Assembly (NCBI RefSeq): GCF_006345805.1
Contig: NC_042999.1
Coordinates: 114,452,001 to 114,516,000, forward strand
DNA length: 64,000 nt
Reading direction: 5' to 3'
Origin: Octopus sinensis
Taxonomy: Eukaryota
Position 1 is the stretch's first letter, and each line of letters opens with the position of its first letter. The position numbers were made by a program, and so were the translations under genes. The notes under the pieces are model-generated. The model made no database searches. It had not been told where the DNA came from and saw nothing but the letters and a program-made list of their open reading frames with translations. Of this stretch, positions 39,626 through 52,879 are shown in pieces.

Positions 39626-41361
39626 TCAAATAAGATATATTGCTTATCCCCTAGACTTGCCAATGTAAAAAATATCGCCATAGGAATATGGATAAAGATG
39701 AGCTCCATCAGGTTTGGATACTGAAGGACGAAGTGTTTATCATGATGGCGTCCCTACGATTCTGTCATGAGCTGAGGATCCAACACCAAAGACAAGGATA
39801 TTGTCAATTTAATCAGCCCCCAATATTTTACGAGTATTTATTTTATTGACCTCACAATCATTCAAGGTATTGCTTTTAAAGCAATAGAATGTATGGCTAA
39901 TCAATGAGATCAGCTTCAGATTCTAATCATTACAGCCCTCGTTTGTAATGATTTCTTCATCTGTAATTGTTTAATACAGTAACAACAACCTAAGTTCAAG
40001 CGCGTAGATGTATGTATGTATGTATGTATGTATGTATGTTGTATGTATGTATGTATGTATGCTTGCATAAATGTATACTCATGCACACATATACGTACAT
40101 GCATGCACACACATCAAATATAATTATAAATATACTTATGAAGAGAGAGGTATGGACATACATACACACTCAAACGCGTGTATACATGTATTTGTGAGTA
40201 TGTATACGAAACAGACTAACGCAAATATATACGCATACACAGATATATGCACATATGCGCATGTGTGTGTATGTATAATGTAAATATAAGCTTGTGTATG
40301 ATTATATATAAATATATATACGTACATATATATTATAGATGTGTATGAACATATATACATAAAATATACATATATTTACACATACATATATATGTGTGTA
40401 AACACACACACACACACACACATATACAAACACACACCTTTACATATAAACTATTGGCCCGATTACGAATGGCACCTCGTTAAGTAGTTGGCTCTGTTCA
40501 AAGTAATTTCACTGGGATTGTAATTAATTTAGCAAAGTGATTTCATTTTATCTCGGGAAAATAACAAAACAAAACACTTAAAACAACAAAGACACGCCAA
40601 GTAATCAAATAAATAAATTCAATCATAGAAATAAGAAATAAATTTCCACTTTGATTTAAATGTTATTTTATTCTAATTCTTTTTGATTTTATTGTTATCT
40701 TTTTTTTTTTAAATATTAGAAATTTTCGTTTTCGTTTCGTTCATATATTTGTAATTTTCATTTTGTTTATTGTTTGTATGTTTTCTTTGCTTCTGTTTTC
40801 GTTCTTTCTTTCCTTCTTTCTCTTTTTCTGCTTTTTCTGTTCTTTTTCCTACCTTTCTGCTTCTTCTCCTGCTCCTCCGATTCTCATCTTTCTTGTTCTT
40901 CCTCATTTCCTTCTTACTTCATACTCATCTCGTCTCCTCCTACGCATCTCCTCCTCCCCCGATTCATATCAACCTCCTTCCCTAACTCATGTACAACTCC
41001 GCCACGTTTTCTCTCTCTCTCTCATTTAAGAAAAATGTTTATATTTTTACTTTTTTGTTCTTTGTCTTTTTTTTTTTTGTTTTACACTCTTCAGATTGTT
41101 GATTAGCGGTTTCCTGTTCATTGTGGACTGTTCTTAAAACAAACATAATAAATAAACAAATAGACAAACAAACAAACAGATAGACAGACAAATAGACAGG
41201 CATAGAATACGTAGTGAAATTGTAATAACATAGTGTTACTATGTAGATAAAGTAGGTGAAGTAATGAAATAGGAGGCGAGTGCTGAAAGGAAAAAAGATG
41301 GTGGCTTGTTTTTAAATGAAAGAAGAAGAAGAAGAAGAAGAAGAAGAAGAAGAAGAAGAAG

Positions 41362-41392
<31 letters not shown>

Positions 41393-41450
41393 GATTTGTG
41401 ATTATAGAAGTTGATGACGAAGGGGAAAAGAAAAAGAAGAAATACATTAT

Positions 41451-41610
41451 TGGACTAGCCTGAAAGAATGGAGGACAGGTGCGTTCCTTTTAGGCCAAGC
41501 CCACATCGGCTTTTTCAAGTTCGACTTTGAAAGAGAAAAGAAAGTGGAGGAAGTGAGGGAAGTGTTCTCCCCAGTGATTTTGCTGAAGAGTAGAAGCTCT
41601 CCTGTATCAA
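41451..41610 (+). mobile_element. Tx1/L1-like LINE C-terminal relic
   Basis: WTSLKEWRTGAFLLGQAHIGFFKFDFEREKKVE resembles the corresponding part of the 43126-43790 element. Confidence 0.4.
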
Positions 41611-41714
41611 GAGGACTGCATCATCCTATGTGTACTTTTTATTTCATCTCGTCCTCCACCTTCTCTTCGGTCATCTTTTTATGTATGGTTTAGTACATAT
41701 TACTCCGTAAGGAG

Positions 41715-41922
41715 CATAAGGTCGTTTCCCCGTTTCTCTAGTGTATATATTCCTCTCTAGGTGGAACGACGCCGGCTCGTTGCAGGATTACAATTTTACC
41801 AGCTGAGTGGACTGGAGCGACATGAAATGAAGTGTTTTGCCCAAGAACACAACGCATCACCCGGTCCAGGAACCGAAATCACAATCTTATGATCATGAAT
41901 CCAACACCATAACCACTAAGCC
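41715..41922 (-). mobile_element. SINE group C (V-like)
   Basis: Homologous to 20130-20367. Confidence 0.75.
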
Positions 41923-42253
41923 AAACCCTACACAAATTTTAAACTATCCCTGTAATGACTATTCGGACTGCTTTTTAATTAGAAAATTCCAACAGCAGCT
42001 AAGGTTGCGTAACTTAGAGTATCACTCTTTGCTAGCAATTCTTATCGTCATCTTGGAAACCCAACTCACAGCTTCAGACTTAAGAGCCCTTGAAATTACT
42101 GTTATTGATGCCTTTTTCACAATACAGCAACTGATTGCTCGGAGTAGTTAACCAAAGTTCTTTATAGTTATATATGACCACTCTGGAAAGACGGCTTGTG
42201 TCATTGTATGCGGCGGACATTTACCAAAGGACATAGGACATACTTTACAATGA

Positions 42254-42478
42254 CACAAAAGGCTGTCAAACCTGTCTTGATATTCGTTTAAAAAAATTCT
42301 TCAGAATCTCACCAAAAGGCATTTTTTATTAAGGCACAAGACGCTGTCAAGCCTACCTTAACATTCATTTAAAAAATTCTTCAGAATCTCACCAAAAGAA
42401 TACTTTGAGGCGCAAGACACTGTCAAGCCTGTCCTAACATTCGTTTTATAAATTCTTCTGATTCTCACTAAAAAACTC
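42254..42478. repeat. About 78-bp tandem repeat, three diverged copies
   Basis: CTGTCAA.CCT...AAATTCTTC.GA.TCTCAC.AAAA occurs three times. Confidence 0.85.
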
Positions 42479-42884
42479 AGTAATGTCTATCACATTAATC
42501 AAAATGAACGGGAGGACTGAAGTTAGAGATGTCTCTCTGGTGAATGGCAATTCGTCATGGCAGACAAAATGCTCTCAGTAGTTTTGTTATTAAAATGTGA
42601 CAAACGGATGAAAGCAAAAACACAACTTCTCCATCGGTCACGATGAACGAGGCTATAATTATGATTTCTTACATTGGCACATGGCCACAAATCCGTTGAA
42701 ATGATGAAGTATAGACGGCAACTGAATGGCGGTTTTTTTATAGACACAGGAGAGGTGAAAAGTAAAGTCGTTCCCTGCTAAATTTTAATGTGGAACACAG
42801 AGGGACTTTACTAAATATTGCCAGGCATTCACCTCGTCGCTCTATCGTTTCTGTCTCCCCTCAACTCTTGGGAGCAGATAATAA

Positions 42885-43070
42885 TAATGATAATTTCTAC
42901 TATAGGTACAAGGCCTGAAATTTTTGGGGAAGGGACTAGTTGATTACATGGACCCCAGTGTTTTACTGATAATTTATTGACTCCGAAAAGATGAAAGACA
43001 AAGTCAACCTCGGTGGAATTTGAATTCAGAACGTCAAGACTAAGCATTTTGCCCTACGTGCAAGCCTGCC
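42885..43070 (-). mobile_element. SINE group B (Meta-like) with (ATT)n tail
   Basis: CTATAGGTACAAGGCCTGAAATTTT..GATGAAAGACAAAGTCAACCTCGGTGGAATTTGAA; related copies at 42740-42850, 43840-44020 and 44620-44755. Confidence 0.8.
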
Positions 43071-43125
43071 ATGATGATGATGATGACGATGATGATAATG
43101 GAGCTGCTGCTGATTATGCTGATGA

Positions 43126-43790
43126 TTTTTTTATTAGCCATCGTGGCTCAAAGGATGCAAAAAGAATACAAATAGCAAAATACAAAACATAGCGAGTAAG
43201 TTGCATGTGAAGTGGAAAGAGTGATAAAAACAAGCAATAGCAAAATTCCCTCAAACCCAATCCTTCAAAAGGAGAGATAAATGCTGAAGGCCAGTCAAAG
43301 TAACTCCACAAATTCATGATGATCTTGTCTAGCAAAAGTGCTTTCATTCACATTTCGTTTCCGGTCTACAAATGCATAGTGAGAGTAGATCCGTCCTCAT
43401 GTGCCATATTCGTTACATGTACCATATTCGCTACCCACCTTTCAAAGAATTTACTGGGCGGTACCATCACCTTCGCTACCTCCATCTTCTTTTCCAAGGG
43501 AAACCTGATAAAGCTAATGAAGGCTTAGCTGAAGAGGAAAGTGTCTGTCTTTTGTTCTTTCAGTCTCGTCCACTACATACCCTCTTTCAGACAGAGGAAA
43601 GTGTGTATTCTTCTCAGTCATACCAAGACAGTAGAATGTTCTTCACGATAGATTCGGCTGATAGACGAATCCTTCTCCCTTGCAACAACAGCTGTTCGAC
43701 AAACCCACAAAAGTCAGAAATGCTCAGAAGCTTTGTGCACATCTCGAACAGACTAGTCTGATGTTATACAGTACCCGTCCGGGCTGAAAG
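43126..43790 (-). mobile_element. Tx1/L1-clade LINE 3' end, decayed
   Basis: Minus strand ..GFVEQLLLQG..FISFIRFPLEKKMEVAKVMVPPSKFFERWV..TLTMHL*, then a UTR ending AATAAAAAA. Confidence 0.55.
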
Positions 43791-44129
43791 TTATCGCTAA
43801 TAGACTTTTTAAATGACATTCGTCGACAAGGACATCAATAACGATTTTTAATTTCGGGACAAGGCCAGTAATTTTGATGGGTGGGATTAATCGATAGCAT
43901 CCATTCCAGTACTTGAGTGATAAAAATAAAGTACTAGTCAAATAACGGTATGGATGGCATTAACAAATCTCTTCCCTTCAAAACTACTGGTGTTGTACCT
44001 AAGTTAGAAACGAGAACATCAATAATGATATAGTTTATCTTTTTTACTTGTTTCAGTCATTGGACTGAACAACGACAACAACTACAGCAGCATCAGCAAC
44101 AACAACAACAACAGCATCGAAAATGACTT

Positions 44130-44605
44130 ACTAACGTTCAGCTGTTGCCGAACGACCCGCACAAATGGTTTGTTTATAGTGATCACATGCTCGTGCTCAT
44201 TCCTTCCATCAAATCAGCGTTGCCTGAGTAGGTGCACAGTGTACCACACGTCAGGTGTGGGGGGACATCATAGCCGTGTGTTGAGAAGAATTCTTTGGGG
44301 TTTGAATAATTTACCTCTAGAAACATGGGTGTTTTGTTCATCATCCTTAAACAACCCTTATTCTAGGACCTTTTGAGCAGTATGGGTTACTCGACCTGAA
44401 GAAAATTCTAACTGGGTCCCACATGTAAGACCATGCACTTTTTATTTTGATATGAGATCACCATGCCGTGCAGATATAGTTGTGATGCATGTGCCTGGTG
44501 TACCCTTATCAGACGGGTAGTCACGAAGGGTGTATTGGGCTTCGTATATTTTACCCCAGTGTCACTTTGATGGTATGCACTGCTCTCTCACTTAATAATG
44601 ATATT
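44130..44605 (+). mobile_element. Unclassified interspersed repeat ending in a TAA-type tail
   Basis: Higher-GC block; SRVLRRIL resembles R4/Dong ORF ends; terminates CTCTCACTTAATAAT. Confidence 0.3.
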
Positions 44606-45956
44606 AATAAAAATAGTAATAATCCTTTCTTTTATAGGCACTAGGCCTGAAACTTCAAGGGATAGGAATAGTCGATTGCATCGACCCCAATACTTTGCTG
44701 ACCCGGAAAGGATGAAAGGTAAAGTCAACCGCGGTTTAATTTGAACTCAGAACGTATTTTAAGCACCATATTTGAGAGAGATTTGTCTGCTATTTCTAGG
44801 AAATTAAGCGTACACATACAGCCTAATTTATAGACCCAGTTTACGATGTCTATACGTTTAGCAACAACACCACACCAGATATATGACCAGTATGAAAGCA
44901 TCACATTGAAAGATATAACAAGACATTGCGTTTCAGTGCTCTCGATAACGTGCAGATGTGAAGTGGTTACACAACGAAATTAACAACAAGGAGAACGAAA
45001 TTAACCTAAGATACCGCAAAAATACGGAAGCTAAAGAAAACAGTAAAACTACAATAAAACTGTTTGTCAGTAACTAGGACGGATCTTAAGCATTTGAATC
45101 TAGTGTCAAATCCTACAAGCGAAAGTGGTTTTTTACGACGTGTGGTTCACCACAATGTAAAGTACTATTGTAGGCAACGTGTATGAATGTATGTATATAT
45201 GTGTGTATGTCTGTATGTGAAAGCGGGAATATAGTTTGAGTCATTCATACATTAAGTCTAGTTCCTAAGTACCCCGCTCTCTCTTTCACTTTTCTCTTTT
45301 TCTCTGTTTTTCTCTTTTTTGCCTTTTCCTTTTGTTCTTTCATCCTTCTGTCTATTTTTCTTTTAAACACTGTAAATCTTTTAATCTCTTTGTAAATCTT
45401 TTAATCACTTTTTTCTTTTAATCTCAATGTAAATTATTTCCCCAGTTTTTCTCTAATTTCTGTACTTTCTTTTCTTTTCAGTTCTTTCTTTCTTTCTTTC
45501 TTTCTTTTTTTCTTTCTTTCTTACCAGCATCTTTCTTTTTCTCTCTTTTTCTCTTTCTCTCTTCCTTATTCTCTTCGCTTTCTTTTCTGTATACAACTCA
45601 CGTTTCTTTCTTAGTTCCCTTTATCTATCTCTTGTCTCTCTTGTGTTTCCCATTCTACTTTCACTTTCACCCTTTATTCTTCTTTATTCCTTTCGTTGAT
45701 CATTCTCCCGCCTCTATTTCATCCCATTCATAGTCATTTCTAAAATCACATTCCCTACTGACTTATTCACCACCCCTTTCTCTCCCTTTCCCTATCTGTC
45801 TCCCACTCTCTTTCTCAGCCTCTAATTCACTAGCCTACTCCCTCCTCTCTCATAGTCGCATCAGTCTTCTTAATACCTCGTATATTTTTTCTCGATATCT
45901 TTAGAAAATTTATGACTAAATTTACGACCGTGTGCTGTTTGTTTAAAAACAATAGC

Positions 45957-46026
45957 TTCTTCTTCTTCTTCTTCTTCTTCTTCTTCTTCTTCTTCTTCTT
46001 CTTCTTCTTCTTCTTCTTCTTCTTCT

Positions 46027-46058
<32 letters not shown>

Positions 46059-46078
46059 GGTTGTTGCCGCAGCTGCTG

Positions 46079-46140
<62 letters not shown>
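45957..46140. repeat. Compound (TTC)n(TGC)n(TAC)n microsatellite
   Basis: Direct inspection. Confidence 0.95.
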
Positions 46141-46141
<1 letters not shown>

Positions 46142-46224
46142 TTTCTTACTTTTCTTTCTTTTCGATAAATGGAGTCTTATAAACTGGGAGAAACCTCAAT
46201 CATGATGATTGATGATGACGATGG

Positions 46225-46256
<32 letters not shown>

Positions 46257-46489
46257 GTGGTGGTGATGATGATGATGACGACAACGACGATGACGACGGT
46301 GGCGACGCTGTTCCGCTTTCACTTCGTTTTCTTCCTTTTACCCTTCATCATCTTACCCTGAATTTTCTCCTCTTCTTTCAACATGCTATCATATCGATAT
46401 TAATAACAGTCGTAGGAGTAAAGCGGAATTTATACTTCTTCGGGCTGGGGTGGGGGGAGGGAACAGATTGACAAAATCCATGTCCTGAA

Positions 46490-47430
46490 AGGCTTGGTAT
46501 CTTGGTAGGAAGGCATCTAGGTATGCTGGTATCTAAGCCTGCAGACACTGAGGTGCCCGGACGTTGATATATGCAGGCATCAATGTATATAGAAATCTAG
46601 GTATGCTGACATCTAGACATGGAAAAATATAGATATAGAGATAATTAAGCATGGAGACGTCTAGTCATGCAGAAATCTAGGAACGTTAGCATCAAAACAT
46701 GTAGAAATTTTGACAGAAATAATAAGGAAATATTAAGGCGGCGAGTTGGCGGAATCGTTAGCACGCTGGGCGAAATGCGTAGCCGTATTTCGTCTGCCGT
46801 TACGTTCTGAGTTCAAATTCCGCCGAGGTCGACTTTGCCTTTCATCCTTTCGGGGTCGATAAATCAAGAACTAGTTACGCACAGGGGTTGATGTAATCGA
46901 CTTAATCCCTTTGTCTGTCCTTGTTTATCCCCTCTATGTTTAACCCATTGTGGGCAATAAAGAAACAAGAAATATTAAGGAATGCATTCATCAAGGCATA
47001 TAGGTACATATCTTGAAGACTTCTAGAGATGCAGACATCTAGTTATACAAGCATTTAAGTATGCAGGCATCTGGGCATGTATATACCTATGCATGAGACA
47101 TTCATACAAGTTTTTAGTCATGTAGGTATCGATGTACGCAGGCTTCGAGGCATGCGTTTTTTGATGCTTGCTGAAATCTAGTCATGTAAATATATAAGGG
47201 AGATAGGCATGCATACTTCTGAGCATGCGGGCATCTAAGTATACAGGTATCAATGCATGCTAATAACTAGATATGCAGACAACTAGGTATGCAGGCATCT
47301 AGTGATACTGACAGTTAGGAGAGCAAGCGCCTGAGTATGATGACATCTATTCATACAGACAAGACATGCAGTCATATGAGTAGCACTAATTTATTCATGC
47401 ACTCATGTGTATGCAAACATCTAAGCATAG
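46490..47430. repeat. Degenerate 16-bp minisatellite (consensus about ATGCAGGCATCTAGGT), interrupted by a SINE
   Basis: Recurrent (G)CATCTAG(G)TATGC(A)G units at about 16-bp period on both sides of 46727-46980. Confidence 0.8.
46737..46970 (+). mobile_element. SINE group B (Meta-like), full length with target-site duplication
   Basis: Head GGCGGCGAGTTGGCGGAATCG..GAGTTCAAATTCC; Meta-like GTCGACTTTGCCTTTCATCCTTTCGGGGTCGATAAA; TSD GAAATATTAAGG at 46727-46738 and 46969-46980. Confidence 0.9.
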
Positions 47431-47431
47431 A

Positions 47432-47675
<244 letters not shown>

Positions 47676-48365
47676 TTCGTATGCTTTCACGAATGTGACA
47701 TCGAAATCATGTGTAAATAGCTCCTTTCCGCCAGAAAAGGAAAGATTTGGCTGCTAGTTATCGCTATTTATTGCAAATAGCTGTTACATGGTAGCAAGGC
47801 GTACTAGAAATAGCAGCCAAATCTTTGGAGGTGAGATACGTTGAATGCACTCGAAAAAAATATTTCACACTGAGGTTACAAAACATTTACCGTATTTTTA
47901 AAGTAATTTTCATTTTAGTATATTTCTTTAATATGTCAAGAAAAATGCTTGTAATGGTATTCACTTGATAATAATTTTAAAAAATATTAAACTATTATCT
48001 AATTTAAAGAAAGCTAAAATATAAATACTTACTGTACAAACAGTTTACATTTTTGAAATCACATTCACCTAAAAATGTTTCTAAATGATTAAAACATTGT
48101 ATTTAACAAAAGCTAAAATAGAAATATATACTGTAAAAAACAAAAAATCGTATTTTTCGTCGTCACTTTACTGTCTAAGGTAAGGATGAAGATTATTTTC
48201 GGAACATTTTCCCAATATGCATCGTTTTGGGTATTTATACCCCGATAATCACTAATATATCGAAAACCACTTTACTGATTTACGCGAAACATCTTTCATT
48301 CCGTTCGTATTAACATTTCAGAGTAATCTTAACTCATAGTATTTTTCCATTATATATATATATAT

Positions 48366-49071
48366 AGGCGGCTGACCGGATGGATTCTTAGAACCTTTAG
48401 AACAAGAGACCAGGAAACCATGATGGTCCTCTGGAGGACACTTGTCCTAAGCCACTTTGACTATTGCTCACAGCAATGGTCACCATCCAGTGTCAAGTTA
48501 ATCACAGAACTTGAGGCGATCCAACGAAGCTACACGAAGAAGATAGCCTCTGTGCAGCATATAAGCTCTGGGAAAGACTCAAGAGATTAAGACTCTATTC
48601 CTTAGAGCGTAGGCGAGAAAGATATGCCATAATATACATCTGGAAGATCCTAGAAGGACTTGTCCCAAACTTTGGCATCGAGAGTTACACAAATGCCAGA
48701 ATTGGGCGCCACTGCATAGTGCCAAGGACTCCAAATTTGCCATCAAGATGTAGGACAAGATGCTGTGATAGCCTGGGCTTCAAAGGCCCACAGCTCTTCA
48801 ATATCCTCCCGAAGAACCTGAGAGACCTGCATGGGGTGGATGCAGATGTCTTTAAAATAAAACTGGATCTCTTCTTGTCAGGTGTCCCAGGTGAACAAAC
48901 TTCACGACAGGAGGTGCAGATGAGGGCAGCTACATCGAACTCTCTCATGCACCAAATGGCAATTACTAAAAAGCATTCATGAAATAAAATCATGTAGCAA
49001 CACCAAATGGCGGTGCCCCAGCATGGCCACAGCTCGTGAGCTGAAACTAGATAAAGAATAAAGAAAAGAAA

Positions 49072-49074
<3 letters not shown>
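48366..49074 (+). mobile_element. CR1-group LINE, 5'-truncated: RT C-terminus plus 3' UTR
   Basis: TLVLSHFDYCSQQWSPSSVKLITELEAIQRSYTKKI..ERLKRLRLYSLERRRERYAIIYIWKILEGLVP..GPQLFNILPKNLR..FKIKLDLFL; ends in (GAATAAA)-type tail; flanked by (TA)n. Confidence 0.88.
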
Positions 49075-49123
<49 letters not shown>

Positions 49124-49159
49124 GTATATGTATATATATGTGTATATATATATTTATAC

Positions 49160-49970
49160 CTATATTATTGCGGCGTAATGTACACCTTGTTCCCTTATGT
49201 ATGTTACATTCCACCCATTGTACGACTTCAACAAACTTTCTCTATACCTCACTTTCTGTCTTTCTCTTTTCTTGCCTCTGATTCTCTGGTCTCCTCTTCC
49301 CCCACTCTCTCACATTTCTCTGTCTTTCTCACTTTGCACCATTGTTTCTGTTGCCAAGCCATCTTTGGCGCGCTCTGTTTCTTCCCCCCTCTTCCTTCCA
49401 TCCTCTTTAATTCCTTCTTTCTCTCTCTCTCTCTACTCTCACGTGACCTGCTGGCCAATCCTTGGCGCGCTCTGTTTCTTCCCCCTCTTCCTTCCACCCT
49501 CTTTAATTCCTTCTCTCTCGTTCTCTCTCTCTCTCTACTCTCACGTGACCTGCTGATCAACTAGCCATTCCGCTGGTGACCGCTGCCGGTTCAACATTTT
49601 CTTCGTCCGCTGAAAAGGCATTTTTTCAAAACACGCCTGCTAGATAAGTTAAATTTGTCTAAAGTCGTAAGACACTTGCTGTTGTCCTGTTATTACCATT
49701 CTTGTTTTTAATTTTATTTTTGTTTTTTGTATTTATATTCGTGTGGCTTCGTCCGTTTTTCTGTCCTTGTTTCGTTTACATTCGATCCTTTTTCCAAGAA
49801 ATCTAATGCTCGCAACTTAGTTTTTCATTGGGGCTGGCCGTTTCGGAGCGATATAAGGATTAATCAGCCGAAATTTGCTATGATGATCCGGTTCCTGACT
49901 GAAGATTAAAAGCTTCGAATGACCCGTCCGTTTTTTGTGTCGTCTCTTTGTGTATTTCACGTTCTTATAC
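49160..49970 (+). mobile_element. Penelope-like non-autonomous repeat (family P1) with upstream ~97-bp direct duplication
   Basis: 49655-49970 is the reverse complement of 9975-10289; TTGGCGCGCTCTGTTTCTTCCCCC..TCACGTGACCTGCTG occurs twice (about 49366 and 49463). Confidence 0.55.
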
Positions 49971-49971
49971 C

Positions 49972-50005
<34 letters not shown>

Positions 50006-50286
50006 TATATATTGAAAGTACAGGTATGGAGACTATGTTCAGGACATTAAGTTTCTGTGACATCAATTGGATAACTGTTGCACGTGTTTAGTTGTCACAA
50101 GTCTGGTGCGCGTAGCACTAATCGATGATGTTACACGTATTGGACTTGCAACAGCTAAAGAAGTGTAACGATCATCGAATTCTGGAAACAAAAACTGAAA
50201 GCCTTGAATGTAATTCTCCATAACTGTATCATTCAATAAATAGCCATATTGAGGTCTACATTTTTGTCCTTACACCGCGTTTGTCG

Positions 50287-50341
<55 letters not shown>

Positions 50342-50363
50342 GTATACATATATATATATATCT

Positions 50364-50400
<37 letters not shown>

Positions 50401-51616
50401 GAGAGATGTAAATGTTTATATATTTATATATACATATAGATATACTTAAGCATATTTGAATACATACATATACACACGCACACACCAATAAATATAGAGG
50501 GGGAGGGAAAGAGAGAGAGAAAGAGAGAGAGAGAGGGAGGGAAAGAGAGAGAGAGAGAAAGAGAGGAGAGAAAAAATAAAACAAATGATAAAATGTTTAA
50601 GTAATACAACGTAAACGGAAATGAAGGAATTGTTCTAAATTCGGTCTGGACTAGGCTAATATTCATTTATAGAAGAAATAACTGACGAGACAAATTTCAA
50701 AATAACATTAAAAAATTAAATGGAAATAAGGTTACATTTTGATGGTTTACTTTATTTAAGACATAATCTGATCGAAAGATGCTAAGAAAATATACATATA
50801 CTCAAGCGGTGCTTTAGTATGGCCGCAGTTAAATGACTGAAACAAGTAAAAGAATAATAGACACATACATATGCACGAACACGCACAAAAATTTATCAGG
50901 CACAATATCAGAATATTTATTCGTTCAGGAAGAACCAATGACAACTGAAACTAGTTAGGACAAACTCAACATTTCTCCGAGAGACTTAAATTTCAATGCT
51001 ATTGATATAACCTACATCAAATATTAGTTTATCATGGGTGAGACGCTTCCTCACCGGAGTTATGTTACCTCTGCTATATTTTTGATATGTAATAATAATA
51101 ATAATAATAATAATAAAATAATAATAATAATAATAATAATAAGGTACAATATGAAACAAAATACACGCACACACACACACACACACACAAGCACACACAG
51201 ACACTCACACACATTAGCACAGGCACACATACATACACACACACACATACAATTCTTGCTTATACATTATAATTTTTCAAATCCACCGCGCAAGCGCAGT
51301 TTTTTGTCGGCAGCCCAAAAAATACCGGCATTTCTTCGAACAATTTTCCAGAAAAAAAATTATCAATAATTAATAAAAAAAAAAGTCAGAAACTATAGTC
51401 CAGGAGATAGATGGTAAATGTTTTAATTTTTCATTCCCTTCGAGGTTTTATCTCTAATAGTGGTTTGGAGTTTAGTTGTTCCTTCTAGCGTGAAAGGAAT
51501 CGCATGACGGATGCCTCTTGTGTGTTTGAGTGTATACTGTATTTACACAGGTAGTAAAAATTCTAAAATGCTTTTTACCCTGATATTATTAATATATATA
51601 TATACATACACATATA

Positions 51617-51665
<49 letters not shown>

Positions 51666-51700
51666 TATATATATATAATATAATATATATATATATATAT

Positions 51701-51745
<45 letters not shown>

Positions 51746-52023
51746 ATATATATATAGTTTTCTTACGTTGCAAACAGCAGAGGAGATATCTAAATACTGG
51801 ATTAGGATGAATTTCTGGCCTACGGTAATTTGCATAATTGTTCTAGGCCGAACGGAAATGAGCAAAGACAACCAGTAGCATAGATACGAACAATAATGTC
51901 GATTTAAATTATACCATATAGAACACACACGCACACATATTTATAGAAATACATACATATACACACATACACACACACATATAAATATATATACATACAC
52001 ACACATTTATATATGCATGTTTG

Positions 52024-52062
<39 letters not shown>

Positions 52063-52166
52063 GTGTGTATGTGTGTGTATGGTATATGTGTGTTTTTGTA
52101 TATATATATTCACACACACACATGCCCCCGCGTGTGTGTGTTTATGTCACATATTGTTTCAATAAA

Positions 52167-52236
<70 letters not shown>

Positions 52237-52819
52237 ATATGTATGTATGTATGTATGTATTTATGTATGTATATATGTATGTATACACAGATACACACAC
52301 ACACACACTCACACACAAACATATATATATATATATATATTCATATTAACGATATAAACGAGTTTAATTTTCATCAAGATTGGCTTAATTTAATTACAGA
52401 GCGTTATTGTTGATGGCGCTGTTTGTGCTAATGGTGGTGGCGTAACGATAGATAGCGACGGCGATTATGATGAAGATAATGATGACGAAGATGATGATGG
52501 TTGTGGTGCTGATGATGTTGGTGGTGTTGGTGATGATGACTACAACGATTCTGCTGCTGATGATGATAATGGTGACGATGATGATATTTCTATGTAAATA
52601 ATTTAACGGTGTTCTGTTCATATGATTTGTCATCCCATATAAAATATATCTCATGATGGCTGTCAGAAGAAGAGAGTGTATAGTTTAATAGATGGATTAT
52701 ATCGAATCGAATTAATAATAATTCACTGATTCAGAAAGCAATGACTCTGTTGTTCATTTGTGCCACTATAAAACATCCTGCACTGAATGTTCATTATGGC
52801 ATTAAACACACACACACAC

Positions 52820-52879
<60 letters not shown>

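Noticed and set aside
42254-42478. CRISPR-like repeat-spacer appearance
   Set aside because: Eukaryotic context, whole units are homologous, no unique spacers or cas genes
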